From: Camelus dromedarius
Lineage: Eukaryota
Length of the DNA: 64,000 bases
Reading direction: 5' to 3'
Assembly: GCF_036321535.1 (NCBI RefSeq)
Contig: NC_087454.1
Span: 27,156,001 to 27,220,000, forward strand
A model generated the notes under the pieces. That model was given only the letters and a program-made list of their open reading frames with translations. It did no database searches and was not told the DNA's origin. Each line of letters begins with the position of its first letter. Position 1 is the stretch's first letter. The position numbers and the translations under genes are program-made. This document shows, one piece after another, positions 35,769-48,970 of the stretch.

Positions 35769-36042
35769 GAATGCAAACCCTGAGCCGCTGGAGGAATGGA
35801 CATGTTTGTGGCTGTCTTTTCTCCTCTGAGGGGGCCAAGCACACACTCAAGGTTATCGGTGATATGAGGGGAGTTAGCAGTGCCAAGAAGGTAGGATCCC
35901 AAGCCTTAGAAATCACCTGTGTTACAGATTCAACGCATGACATGGTGCACCGCCCCCCCACCCCACACACATACTCCTCTTCGGGCACAACTGCCAGATG
36001 GATGTGGATCAGGTCCCAGGTCATTCTCGTGGAGTCCTGGGC

Positions 36043-36148
36043 CTAGGGTGCAAATGACCTCTGCGTGACAGCAAACAGAACAATGAAGACCAGGCTCTTA
36101 CTCAGGAGTCCACACACCACGGGAATGACAATGCTGATCCTGGAGACC
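36043..36148 (-). CDS. TREM1: TREM1 exon 4 coding part (transmembrane with Lys, short tail), 106 nt
   Basis: VSRISIVIPVVCGLLSKSLVFIVLFAVTQRSFAP*; total CDS 714 nt = 237 aa + stop. Confidence 0.96.
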
Positions 36149-37263
36149 CTGGGAGAGAGAGGAGACTCAGTGCCGCTGCCAGCTTGGGTGCTCCGCACAC
36201 CTGTTTGCAAAAGTCCTTCACGCCCCTTAGCTCCTCTGCTCTCGTCCTTCATTTCCCTGTACTAACTGGCCCTGTGCACTTAGTTTGTCCCATCGCCTAA
36301 AAATACTGATTAGAAATCTTCTCCATAAAGAGCATGGGGTGCAGGTCTAGAAGAGGCATCGGGGAGAAAGAAGTTCTCCAGCTCCCCAGCCCCTGATACA
36401 GAAGACGCCTGTGGTTCCCAGAACCCCCCACAGGACTGAGTCAGACTGCTCCCTGGGGGACTCGCTTTGGTTACCACATCCTTTGTTGGGTTTCCTTCCC
36501 TCCCCGGTCCCACTTCCCGAATGGTTTTGCCTTCAATCACTTCCTAAAACATCTGCACAAGATTTTCCCCACAGCCTGTGTCAGAAGACGCCACACTAAG
36601 ACAGGGTGACAGTGGCTTCCTTGGAGATGCCTCACCCTCCATCCCCAAATTGGCATCTCAGCTCTTCTGTCACCCAGATGAACTGCTCCCTCCACTCAAT
36701 TACCTCTTTTCCAGACAGCTCAGTGGCTTCTGCTTTGCTTTCCCGATGGGACTCTGACTCATAGACTAGTTCATGTTAGTTAACAGATGAAGCGGCCAGG
36801 TGAAGGGAGTGCAGCCTTTAGTAGGAATGTGGGCAAAGATGATGGACTCTTGGTTTACATGCAGAAAAATAAAAGTAGTGGGAAAAAGAAACAAGCTGAC
36901 TTTCACCAGATTGTTTGTTTTATTTAGCTAGTCCATAAAGATTTAAGGAGCACCTACTGTGTGCCAGGCACTTAGGCACAGCATAAGGGGGCAAGGGCAC
37001 TGCCTCTACCCTTACAGAGCTCAGAGTCCACTGTAATAGAGAGAGTAAAGCAGTTCCCAGCTCACATCTGTTTTAGCAGGAATATTTTTAAAGTAGTAAA
37101 TCCTGGTAGGCAGGCCGACAGTGACACTGTCCCCTCCTTAAGTATTACAAATCCCACTGCAAACGGTTTCCCATCTTTGAGAGACCATGTGGCAGTATGT
37201 ACACAGAGCAATGTAAGTGTTCAAATTCTCTTCAGGGAATTTCTTTTGAATAAACTGTTTGGT

Positions 37264-37405
37264 GGAGAGGGTGTAGCTCAGTGGTAGAGCGTGTGCTTAG
37301 CACGCACAAGATCCTGGGTTCAATCCCCAGTACCTCCATTCAACAAACAAACAAATGTTAGCTACCTACCCCCCATCAAAATGAACCATTTAAAAGAAAA
37401 AAAAG
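37264..37405 (+). mobile_element. tRNA-derived SINE (camelid Vic-1-like)
   Basis: GGAGAGGGTGTAGCTCAGTGGTAGAGCG...GGTTCAATCCCCAGTACCTCC (A and B boxes) followed by an A-rich tail; not a tRNA gene. Confidence 0.8.
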
Positions 37406-38436
37406 ACATCTGAAAAAATATGTCCATCTCAGAGTTATCAGTACTGTCCAAAAATGAACATAATCTCAATGTCTAAAAACAGACAAATGATTATGCGAGC
37501 TATGGCTTTCTAGTGATAGAAAAGTATGCATTTGTTGAAGTCAGAATTACAAAGACTAGGCGGTAACACTGAAGAATAATTTTAGCATAGAAAAATAGTG
37601 CAAATGTGTACACTTAGAATTACTGCCATGTTAAAATATGTATAAACATACAGAAAGACTAAAAGAGAGGACAGAAGAAAAAGACTTGTTAGATTTGCAA
37701 GGATATGGAAGAATATTTCTTTTTCTGTTAATTCAATATTTAATGATAAACACATTCTAAGATAAATCAACATTTAATAATGAGCTATATAGAGGAGTAT
37801 GCATGCGGAGTTAGTGGTTCTTAGCTTTGCTTGCACATTAAGAAATCCGAAGATCTTATAAAGTAATAAAACATACTGAGACTGGCCCCGCCTCCCGAAA
37901 CTCTCATTCTGTTGGCCGGTAGTAGGGCACACGTATCAGTATTAAGAATAAACCAAACGAAGCAGAAGCTAACACACCAGGTAACCCTAACGTGCTGCAG
38001 CTGCTGAGAGCTGCTGGGCTAGATTATCGCTCCCAGCTCTGGTTTTTCTAGCCCCTCCTACTGCACAGACAAGGAAACTGCAGCCTGAAAGGGTTTCTAA
38101 CTCGCCAAATTCCACTTTCAGTCTGGCTGGCATTAAAATCCAGGATCCCTTTTTCCAGAAAACCGTTAGGGGTCGTCCGAGGGCCCTTGGAATTCAACCA
38201 AGATGCCATCTTCCTCTCCTGCCTCCACCGGCCGGCAAGAGCAAACACAGAGGGGAACTGGGGAGAGTCATAGCCTCATCAGGGCCTCCAAGAGTGTCCT
38301 CCTCACTCCAGCACTACCTCCTTCCTCCCCTGGGAAGGTCCACCAGATGGAGGTGACTCCAGTCCACCCCTGCCCTCCCCCTCCCTCACTCCCCATATTC
38401 TTTATCCTTTTGGGTGTCCAAACCAGGGGCCCATAC

Positions 38437-38638
38437 CTGGGGACATCTGTCACATTTGTGAGGGTGACTCCGAGGCCAGGAGAGGAGAGGCTGGCAGTTG
38501 ACAACGAGGGGAGACGGGTCACGGCCGTGGGGCTGGTGGGGAGCTTACTCCAGGCCTCGGTGATGAAAGGAGGACGGGTGGGAGTCGGAGTCACGATCTG
38601 GGTAGTTCTGTCATCTGAGGCAGGAGTGCCAGAGGGAT
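38437..38638 (-). CDS. TREM1: TREM1 exon 3 (stalk), 202 nt
   Basis: PSGTPASDDRTTQIVTPTP...SSPGLGVTLTNVTDVPR; acceptor cttacag|, donor AG|gtatgg. Confidence 0.93.
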
Positions 38639-39379
38639 CTGTAAGAAGGCACATTGGATGAAGGGACAGAAGGATGGATGGTTGAGCGGTAGGGTGAATG
38701 GGACTGAGGAGGGAAATGAACATGGCCATTCATGAAGCAAGGTTTTCTTTTGCCAATTTGAAAGAAATAATGTGGTGTCCACCTGGGTCAAAGACAGGAA
38801 AAAGGAAACAAGGAAGGGAGAGAGGGAAGAAAGGAAGAAGGGTGGGAAGGAGGGAGAGAGGGAGGGAAAGAGGGAAGCAGACAGGAATTTCTAGGCTTTT
38901 TGTGTCGCTGGAAATGCACTTGCCTGCTATTTTTTACCTACTCTAACCCACATGCCCCTCCTCCTTCCAGAATAATTCCCTGATTACCGTACCTTACTGC
39001 TTTCTCTCTGCCTTGCACTCACCGGTACCTGTGGCATATTGCTTTACAGGTTACCTTTTATTAATATATTGCATATGTATCTTGTCTTCCTTAGGCATTG
39101 AATTCCACAGGTGCTAGGAACCTTAACCTGCCTGCCTCCACTCTGCCTTCCTTAATTCATCCAGTCAATATCTAGGGAGGCCCTACTATGTGCCAGGCAC
39201 CTCATTAATTGCTAGGGATACAGAGCCGAGCAAGGCACAGGCCTTTCCCTCAAGATTCTCAGGGACGAGCAGGGGAGACAGATAAGAAAACTGGCCACTA
39301 CTTAACCCAGGGAGTTAGTGTTGTCCATGAAAGGGATACAAAGTGAGCTCTGGAGCTCTGCTACCCAAAACGGAGCCAT

Positions 39380-39530
39380 GGACCCACGGCATCTGCATCA
39401 CCTGTGAACAGATCAGAAACGCAGAATCTAGGTCCCACGCTAGACCTGCTCCATCGGAGTCTGCATTTGAAGTAAGATCCCAGGTGGTTCTTGCCCACAG
39501 TGGGGTCTGAGGGGCACTGCTTTGGATGCA
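39380..39530. mobile_element. MER5A-like hAT DNA transposon (similar pieces near 32570, 34260, 37810)
   Basis: gcatctgcatcacctg...gcagaatctaggtccca...agacctgct...ctgcattt pattern. Confidence 0.65.
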
Positions 39531-39894
39531 CACAGGAGGCCAGCAAATGCCTCCTTGGGGGCAGGGAGAGTGAATCCCAGAGGCTTCCCAAGGAAATGAC
39601 TTGGGACACTAAATTGTCCCAAGTCTACCTCTCACCTTTCACTGTACCCCACTTCCTACGACAGCACAACACAGTAGGCTCTGCTCCCCAAGAGGAATCC
39701 CATACAAAGAAGCCACTTCTTACTGTTGGACCAAATGACTCTCAAGGACCTCCAATGAGGGACAAGGAGCTTCTGGAAGAGCACAGGCTTCTAGAAGTCC
39801 TGAGCCACAGCCCTGTCGGTGTCACCACCACTGCTCCACCCCTCCCTGGCCTGGTTCTCCCTACCCTCTACCCCCGAGCCCCCAGGTCACTCAC

Positions 39895-40251
39895 TCTTGG
39901 TCACCACCAGGCGGATAGGGTGGAACAACGTGATGGAGTTCTCGGAATTTAGGTAGATCACACATCGATACAGTCCTGAGTCCTCCACTCGAAGGTCGGT
40001 CATTCGGACATGCAGTATGCCCTCAGAGGGGATGTCTTTTAGGAAGTAACGCCCATTCTGGACTTCACTGAATTCCCCCGAGACCCTCTGTGTGAGTGCC
40101 AGCGTCTGGACCTCCCCTTTATCTTTCACCCTTTGCCAGGCCTTCCGGCTGTTGGAATATGTGTGCAAGGTGACAGGACAGCTCACTTCCAGGGTCTGGC
40201 CCTCTGCCAGGATAAACTCTTCCTCGTCTGGTACAGTTGCAGCTTGGATTT
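39895..40251 (-). CDS. TREM1: TREM1 exon 2 (Ig V-set), 357 nt
   Basis: EIQAATVPDEEEFILAEGQTLEVSCP...RKAWQ...LHVRMTDLRVEDSGLYRCVIY...FHPIRLVVTK; canonical splice sites. Confidence 0.97.
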
Positions 40252-42167
40252 CTGTATGCAGAGAATCAGAGTTATTGCTCTGTGAGGAATAGCTTTCCTC
40301 TCTTTGGAAAAAAGAGAGAAGAGAGAGCTACCTCTTCTTCTTGTTCAATCACCCATTTTTCAGACAAGATCCTCAAGGTCTCCAGAGAAGATGCAACTTT
40401 CCCTGCAAGCCAGCACTGGACCCCAGATCCTTGCACTGTGGGTAGTTTTTTGTTTGTTTGTTTTTTGGTTTGGGGTTATTATTTTTTTTAACCACAACAG
40501 CTAGACAGCATATGGTTTGTGCATATCAACTTTTATAAATGATTGTTTTTGAGAGAAGGGTACCCTGACCTTGAACATGCAGCCTCCAAAACTGGAAGAA
40601 GTAAATTTCTGTCATTCATAAGACACCCAGTCTGTGGAGTTTTGTTACAGCTGCCCGGATGCATAAGACAGTAGGAGTTGAAGGAGACTGCGATTGCTTA
40701 CAAACCTGCCTGTTTCTTATGAAAGGAGACGGTAAGAGGTGAAGGCAGAAGTGCTTTCTATGCATCATATTTTGCACCATTGCAAGAAAGGGATTCCTTA
40801 TCATATGCTAATAAAAAAAAGAGCAACAAATACCTTTTATTGCTAAGTGTTTAAAAATCCTATCTCATTTAATCATTATAACTTAGAAGGTTGATACTGC
40901 TATTATTCCTAGTGTAGAGATAACGAAATTGGGGCACAGAAAGGTTATTTAATAACCCAGAGGTTATCCAGTGATCTGCCCAAGGTCCCACAGTAGAAAG
41001 TGGTGGAGTCAAGACTCAAACCTGGGTAGTCTGACCCTAGAGTCAGCGCTGAGCCTCTGAGCTAGCTTGTCCAAGGCAGCTGTCTGGTGGGACAGCCCAA
41101 GTGTGACGAAGTGCCTAACGATCTGTTCCCTGCGACACAGGAGCTAGAAGGAGCTTTCAGGTTACCCTCTCGTTTACGTCCAGAAGACATAGTGAAAAAC
41201 AACCCCAAACCACTGGTTTTCTCTCAGTCTTCAACCTTCCACCTTCTCCCAGTTCTCCTTTGGAAAAACATGAATAGGACACAAGGAAGTGCATGGGTCC
41301 ATGAGAACCAAACTCCCATGTGCCCATCTGGATCATCACCCCAAGTCCAAGAAAACCCAAAGTGACATTGGTGTGTGGGCTATGCCAGGCGATTGTCCGT
41401 GAACTTGCTCAAAGCAGTAGGTTCCCAGAAAACACCCTCTCCCTGGGCCTTTCCACGTTTTTCCAAGGCATATCTTTCTCTTAACTCACTGTTGACATTT
41501 TCCCTTTCTCTGCTCATTTTCCCAATGTATCCCTAAGGATTGGGAGCAGGAGCAAGTAAAGCACCAGAAGCATCCATTTTGGGGGAAGGTGTGAGCTACG
41601 GCTTGGAGCCGGGGCAGTTCCGCGGAGCCTAAGCGACAGGCCCTCAAGGGCAGCAGACAGGGGAGCCTTGGGCCACGGCCTCCATGAAAATGGGCACTTT
41701 TCTTCTGTTCACTTCTGTGTCCTCGGCAACAGCATATTTCCTGGCCCATGGTTGGCCCCTGGGAAATATTTGTTGAATGAGCTATGTCTTTGGGGTTTAA
41801 TAGACTGTCAGCGTCCAAAGCACCATGATGGAATATAAGAGGAAAAAAATCCTTCAAACTCATAAAATCCTTTTAGGTCATGTCAAGTTGAGATTTACTC
41901 TCTCCTTATTCCCACCCCCCAGCCCCAGGTTTTGCAAGTCCCTGACAACATCAAAGGCACAGACATCTTGTTTCCCTCACTTCCCCCTCTTTAGGTCTGT
42001 TCTCAAGCCCTGGGAGTTCTCTTAATTCTGCCCAGTCTGGCATCTCTTCTGGGTGGCTCTGTCTTGGGTGACCACATCCCCCAGAGCTTCAGAAGAAAAC
42101 GGAAACCTCCCTTGGGATGGGACCCCCCTCCAGCTCCAGGTCCTGGGCAGAGGCCTCACCGTCTTAC

Positions 42168-42216
42168 CTGCGACGAAGAGCACCCAGAGGAGCCCCCGGA
42201 GCCTGGTCCTCCTCAT
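42168..42216 (-). CDS. TREM1: TREM1 exon 1 (MRRTRLRGLLWVLFVA), 49 nt
   Basis: ATG at 42216; donor GCAG|gtaaga; resembles human MRKTRLWGLLWMLFVS. Confidence 0.95.
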
Positions 42217-42297
42217 CCTTCATGGGCACCCACGCCAACCACCCTGGGGCTCCTGGGACCGCTACAGGGGACACTCTAACCTAGAGGCTCCAGAAAG

Positions 42298-42383
42298 TTG
42301 CACAACAGGATGTTGGGCCATTGCTGGGAGGTGCCGAGCCTGATGCTGTGTTTCATCACTGGTTGTCTTGGCTCCGGACGTCA
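42298..42383. promoter_or_regulatory. TREM1 proximal promoter motifs: C/EBP-like TTGCACAA (42298-42305) and CRE-like TGACGTCC (minus, 42376-42383)
   Basis: Motif matches within 170 nt upstream of the TREM1 ATG. Confidence 0.4.
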
Positions 42384-43509
42384 GAGACGACACAGGAATC
42401 CAAGACAGGGCTCACGTCTCCACGCAGCTGCTCCAAACCCCAGCTTCCTGCTCTCTGGAGACAATGACAGTTAGCTTTTCAACCAACCTCACAACATTTT
42501 AGTGAGATACTTTTGTGTAAACAAAATAAGGTGTTAATATGATCCAGGGAGGAGAAGCCCACCTGGCTCTCCTGAGGCGATGCCCAGAGGGGCAGGTTGG
42601 GATAAAAATACCGTGCTCCTAGGGTTCTTGTGAGAGCTCGGTGCGGTCCCTACGGTAAGTACCCAACACGCACGTCTCTCTGCCCCACCTCTCTGTCCCT
42701 CCTCACCCCAGCCTGCTTCCCTGGGCTTCTTCTGACCTGAGACCCAGCCCCTCTTCACCACCAGGACGGCCCACACCCTGTGTCCTGTCACAGACACGGC
42801 AGGGAGCTCACAGAAGGGCAGGAAGCCCCAGAAATGATTTGAGAGGACATGGTCACCACTGAACAAGAACAGACTATGAAAGAAAGGACACAGGATGATG
42901 TAGAACAAGACAGTGAGGGGGGAAGAGACAAATCTAACAGGTTCCATGCTAGAAGCAATAAAAAGCACATATGAGTGTGAAAAGTCAAATCAGTAACAGA
43001 AGTTTCACTTCAGAGATACTCCCAAATGTGAAATGAACAAGGGCATTTTAAAGCGCTTAGGAGGATACTGGAGGGCAAGTAATAGAAACCCTACCTACAA
43101 GTAATCTACGGCTAAGGGATGCTGAAGTGTAACGTGGAACAGTGGCTCATAAACACGGGTAAAAATGTATATTTAAAAAATAACACTTTCCAGACCTGAA
43201 AAGAAATCTGAAATTGGAGGTGGAGAGAATTCAACATGGGCAAGGAAAAATTCATGCAGTGAAACCAAGAGTTGGAATTTCCCAGTGAAAAAATTTTACT
43301 TTAAATAAAAATTCCTGCTGCTAAACAAACAGGAAAAAAGAAAAGAAAAGAAAAGAAAAAACTTGATTCCTTCAAAAGAGTTGAATTGGACAAAACTCAG
43401 ATTTCTTCTCTGAGTAACAAACAGTGAGAGACAGTGGGATGATGTGGGGGAAAAACTTCTGACTCTGGAATTTTATACCCAAGGTGATTACTGTTCAAGG
43501 TGCTATCAT

Positions 43510-43660
43510 GGGAGTTGGGGTATAGCTCAGGGGCAGACCATGCTTGGCATATACAAGGTCCTAGGTTCAATCCCCAGTGTCTCCCTTAGGGGAAGGGGGG
43601 AAGGTGTTACCGTGCCTACAAATTAAGAACAAAAAATAAAAACAAAACCAAAAAACTTCT
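43510..43660 (+). mobile_element. tRNA-derived SINE (Vic-1-like), diverged
   Basis: GGGGTATAGCTCAGGGGCAGA...GGTTCAATCCCCAG plus an A-rich tail. Confidence 0.72.
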
Positions 43661-44110
43661 AAAGTTAACCTACAATTTTAACTTAAAATTGTTGAATGCA
43701 GCAATTTATAAAATATAGTTAATAATGAAGAAATATAATCCCACTCTTACACCTTGCAGAGAACATGTAGTTAAGATTTTACTAAAGTTTCTTCTATCCT
43801 TTGTTCTACAAATAATATCCGAAACCAGGCTTCCAATCGTGCTTGGACTGAAATCTGCCAGGCCCACTGTTTTATTCGTTTGGCCCACAGGGAGGAAAAG
43901 CAGACAGAGAGGTTTTGAAAGTTTCTGACTCAGAGAGGAATCTACATGATTTTTAGAAGGATGAGTCAGATTAGCACAAATCACTCAACAAAGCCCTCTT
44001 CTTACCACGTGTGTCTACCACACCTAAATGATTAGTGCAGCACATGCTAATCTTTTGTGTCTTTGCCTCCTTTGTGTTAAGGGTCAAATTCCTGGAAGAT
44101 TTAAGAGGAA

Positions 44111-44460
44111 TTTTTTTTAACATTTTTTATTGATTTATAATCATTTTACAATGTTGTGTCAAATTCCAGTGCAGAGCACAATTTTTCAGTTATACATGAA
44201 CATATATATATTCATTGTCACATTTTTTTCTCTGTGAGCTACCGTAAGATCTTTCCCTATTAAAGTATAATATTGTTTACCTATTCTACATTTTGAAATC
44301 CCAATCTGTCCCTTCCCACCCACCGCCCCCTTGGCAACCACAAGACATATTCTATGTCTATGAGCCTGTTTCTTTTTGTATTTATGTTTTGTTTGCTTGT
44401 GTTTTTTTTTTTTATTTTAGATTCCACATATGAGCGATCTCATATGGTATTTTTCTTTCA
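44111..44460 (-). mobile_element. Young 5'-truncated L1 3' end with TSD TAAGAGGAA, nested in an older L1
   Basis: polyT start on plus, L1 3'UTR-like sequence, identical flanks at 44102-44110 and 44461-44469. Confidence 0.8.
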
Positions 44461-45022
44461 TAAGAGGAACTTTTTTTTTTTCATTAGTGTTTGCTCCGCG
44501 TCCTTTGAGGCTCTTGTTTGTTGCGTACTTATATAGGAGCACTAAGTCTTCTGGGTGGACTGATGCTTTTGTCATTATTATAATGTCCCTCTTTGTCTCT
44601 CTATTGTGTTTGCTCTGAAGTCTACTTGAATCAGAAATTAATATGGCCACTCCTGCTTTTAAAAAAATTCATATTTCTATGAGATAACTTTCCCCACCCC
44701 TTTTCTTTCCACTTGCCTAATTCCGAGCTGTGAAGTGAGTTTCGTAAACAGCATTTACTTGGACTGTGGTGTTTTCTTCACTCGGTCTCTGTCTTTTGGG
44801 TAGCGGTGTTGAGATGATTTATATCTAAGGTGATTATTGATAGTTTAGCATTTTGATCTGCCATTCCACTCCTGGTTTTCTGTTTCTTTCCTCTGGTTCT
44901 CAGCCCTCTGTTTCTCCTTGGGGAGCTTTTAATTAAATAGCCCGAGAAGGCTTTCTAGCTAGACTTGAACATCACAGGAAGGCGCCTGCGGCTGCACCCT
45001 GCCTAACTGGAGGTGCCCTGAG

Positions 45023-45042
45023 AGCGCCCACCAGGGGGCAGT
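45023..45042 (+). promoter_or_regulatory. CTCF motif CCACCAGGGGGCAG
   Basis: Near-perfect match to the CTCF core at 45028-45041. Confidence 0.6.
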
Positions 45043-48000
45043 CTTTCTCCACCTGCCTGATGGCTTCGTGTACTTGAAGGAAACAGAATGTAAAATGTTC
45101 TTTCATCTTTTATCCGTTGTTTTTCTGAGGAGTTCAGTGACCCATTCAGTATTTTGAATTCTCAAACTACGTCTCCCAACCAGCCGTCATCTTTTACGGC
45201 TTCTCATTAAATAGTCTTCGGACTCGCGACCTAGGCTCTCTTTTCGTTTTATTGAGGCTCAGTTGAAAGTTCCATTCTCACGCTTCTTCTTTTGGCGACT
45301 TCAGCACCAGGAAAGCTCATTTTTAAGGTACTATGCATCTTTTTTGTATTTATTAGTCAAACATTATTTCCAGTACTATTATGAAAGCCTGTGTAAATAT
45401 TATTCTGGGTTTTTTTTTTCCTTCGTCCTCTTCCTCCTCCTCCTTCTTGTCACTGGCCGGTGTCAGTAGGTCCCAATCTTCATGATGGGGCCACATAGCA
45501 GTTTCCTTCTTAATATGGATTGGTAAATCACATATCCGTTCTAACCTAGCTGGAATATATGTGATGTGGAACTTTTTTTTACCATTGAGAATGTGTATAT
45601 CTTCTTTACTGACTAAAGGAGGGCCGTATGGGTCTGAGACCCAGATCTCTGAATTCTGGTGCTACTATCTCTCAAGAGGCCCAAGAAAGCTGTTACTAGG
45701 AGTAGGAAAAACTGCAAACTGGAACCAAGTGCTGCCACTGAGAACCGTGGCCCTTGCCCCAGCCATGCAGTGCCACAGCAGCTGTCACAGGAACAGAATA
45801 CAAACAGGAAGGGCTACATCCTGCCCCCCTCCTCCAGCCCCCAGTCTCCCTCTAGTGCCCCTGTTGACAGCATACAGCAGGGAACCAGTTAGCAAAAGAA
45901 AGATCTGGTTTCAGAATCTCGACTCAGACCAGGGTAGAGAAGTGTTAATCAGAGTGACAGGTGAATAACCAGCTCACTCACAGTCAATAAACAAGGCCCC
46001 TCCAGCTGTGGGATGGGACCCTTTTGTGACCCTTGCTCATACACTGTAGCCTTTGGCCATGGAAGCGCTTCTGTTCACTCTTAATGTAAATACAATTAAA
46101 TGTGAACATTTTTTTAATCTGGGGGAGAAAACCCCAACCTATATTAACACTCATTATTTGCAAAGAAAAAGGCACTCTTCTCTTCCTTTTAAAAATATAA
46201 TTACATACTCCTAACTTTTCAAGACTCAATTTATCTTAATAGACTGACCTCTGTTTCATTTCTGATGCCCATATAGTCACAATTTGGACAGGGAGTCCTT
46301 TTAGCTGATTGCTGTGTTCTTTCACTACCACCCAGAATTACTGAAAGCATCTTCACTCCACAGCAACGAGATGCCCCAGGCGGTCTTGTGTCCTCCCGTC
46401 CCAAATTTGGAATCAGTCACCCTCCAAAAAGCCAAGGACACGAACAACTCAACAATAGAAAGAAAAATAACCTGATTTTAAAATGGGCAGCTTTCTCTAA
46501 AGAAGATAAAACGAATGTCCAATGTGCATCGTTCTTGGGTCACCTAAGTTCAGTGATGTCCTGGTAAATGTTTAATACCCAGCTCTCTGAGAAGTGGCTT
46601 GCTTTGTAGTGATTGCCAATTTCTGTGGTATAAATACTCTCATCATGGTTAATTTCAAGCTACTAACATGACATCACTGATGTGGAACTGGAAAGAGATG
46701 CTTACGATCAGCTGTCAAGAGCTGGTGCAAACTGGCTCCATTACACAATGTATAACATATATTATAGAATATAATTATTGAGTAATTACAGCATATAGTT
46801 ATATTAACAATTATAATAATTCTTAATTCTGTTTTGGTTATATAAACTCTTCCTAATGCCCATTGTTGTTAATTTTCAGTTCAGGAGAGTTAGTGCTCTA
46901 TTAGCTGACATTTCTTACTTGGGGGTCTGCTTCATATCGGCATTTTGCTACTGCAGAATAGTAAGGTTGACTCTATAAAGTTCAGATTGTGAGCCAACGG
47001 GAGAAAGTGAGCAGTTTAGTCTAGAAACCTTACGTTTAGCTGTAACAGGTCCACCACCGATTACACAATGCGTGGTTTTCTGTACACGTGAATAAGTGGG
47101 AGCCCCCACTGAACAAACTCATTCTGCATTAACTATCCACAGCAAGAGAAATTCTAGTGATGTGATTGAAATATAAAATAAATGTGTAAGTGAAACTTCA
47201 AAATTACTGGTTATTAACTTTGACACAGCTGCAAATTGGCATCATGGTTAATGGCAAAGACCAAACCAACCAAACAAAAAACAGAATATATGCTCTTCAA
47301 ATGCCCTTTTAGAGGTACCCAATTCAATTTTAACTTTACTGTGTATCATCTTCTATTGAATCTTGATATGAAAGCATATTAATTAGATTTCCCTCTTTTA
47401 TTAACTTTTTTCTTTCTTGTCAAAAACATTTTCTTAATGTTAAGCCATGTCGTATATTGTCTTACCGTTTCATACTTGCGTGGAGCACGTGGTGACTTTA
47501 GGACAGTTCATAGATGCTCAGTTTCTCCCCTGTCACCGCACCTGGAGGGATTGCACCGGCCTTATACCCTTTGAAGTAAGGGATGGCCGTGCGATTTGCT
47601 TTGGCCAATAAATTATGAGCAGAAATACATGCCAGTTGGAGTGAGGCTTTAAGAGTCAGCACAGAATTCACATTTCCTCTTCCTCTGGAGTGGCTGTAGA
47701 AGCTTGAGTCTCTAAGTGACTTTGATGAGCAGAGCTTTGTTGGCTCGTTTATGTCAGAAACTAGGTAGAGGGAGAAGTTTCTGTGGGTTAAACCACTGCA
47801 ATTGGGGGAGGAAGAGGGAGATGTTTGCACAACCTAGCCCACTCTGGCTAGTACAGTAATTCAGTCTTATCCAAAAATTTGATGAGATAATGTCAGCAAT
47901 AGATTTCTTTCCTTTTGCACTTTGGGTTTTAGGAAGAAGCAGCATGTTCTACAGTCTGACAAGTAAACATAGGTGTAGACTCATGGGAATTGGGTGAGGG

Positions 48001-48956
48001 CTATACTTACTCTTCCTAATTCTTAGCCCAAATATGAGCATTTATTTTACATGGCATTTGCCCACAGTATCCTCTGTTAGTGTGACCTTAGCACAGTATC
48101 CACAAACTGAAAAGAATCCCTTCCATTCTAGCCTCAGGAAGAGATTAGGGAGGGTAATGACTTTAGGGAGAATTTCATATGCTAAATGAAAGGGATAGTA
48201 CAGACAAGAACAAGGTTTTAACGCTTTATCTAAAATCCTCTTGGCTCCTTATTCCATTGTTCAAAACTACATGTGTGTGTGTCTGTGTGTATGTACATCA
48301 GATATAGGCAAGTATGAATGATACATATTAAATATTTAATTTAGATTCAGTCCATGATATATACTAGTATTACTTTTTGACTACAATTCCTTTAAATTTT
48401 GAACTCATTTCTCAAAAATATTAATATAGAATTATTCACTGCCCAGTACTGTATTAGTCCAAAGTTTATTAATAATCTCATAAAATATGATTAGATTATT
48501 ATCAATAATCAATTAAATTATGTGAAGAATTCTAGAAATATTACGCTTTTAAAACTTTATCAATATGTCTTAGTTGGAATGGTAGCACTGGTTCACACAA
48601 TTTACAATTTTATATGGGTTACAAGAAGCAGTTTATATAGACACCAGCTATTTATACAATAATCAGTGTGATAATGGCAACTTTAAAATCTTTTATAAAA
48701 TAATTACATCAGAAACCCTTAGCCATGTAAATTTTTTTTGCCATATAAGTTTTAATGGGGAAAAAAATGTCATTCATTCGACAATAACTGCACTATTATC
48801 AAGTAGAAGAAACACAAACTCACTTTTTAAAGGAAAAATCGTTTTTAAAAGTTAGTTTAAAATTTTCCACACTCAGACATTTGTGTATGTGTGTGTGAGA
48901 CAAAATAAAACCAAATAAAACCCCTCCAGTCTCAACCTTGTATAAATCCAAAGTCA

Positions 48957-48970
48957 CCACTAGAGGGAGC
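48957..48970 (+). promoter_or_regulatory. CTCF motif CCACTAGAGGGAGC
   Basis: Good match to the CTCF core consensus. Confidence 0.5.

Noticed and set aside
37264-37337. tRNA-like sequences (also at 43510 and 63287)
   Set aside because: A-rich tails, TSDs and broken stems show they are SINEs, not tRNA genes.
42700-42860. Minus-strand FLPFCELPAVSV resembling an NCR2/TREM TM exon
   Set aside because: Similarity is marginal and there is no linked upstream stalk exon.
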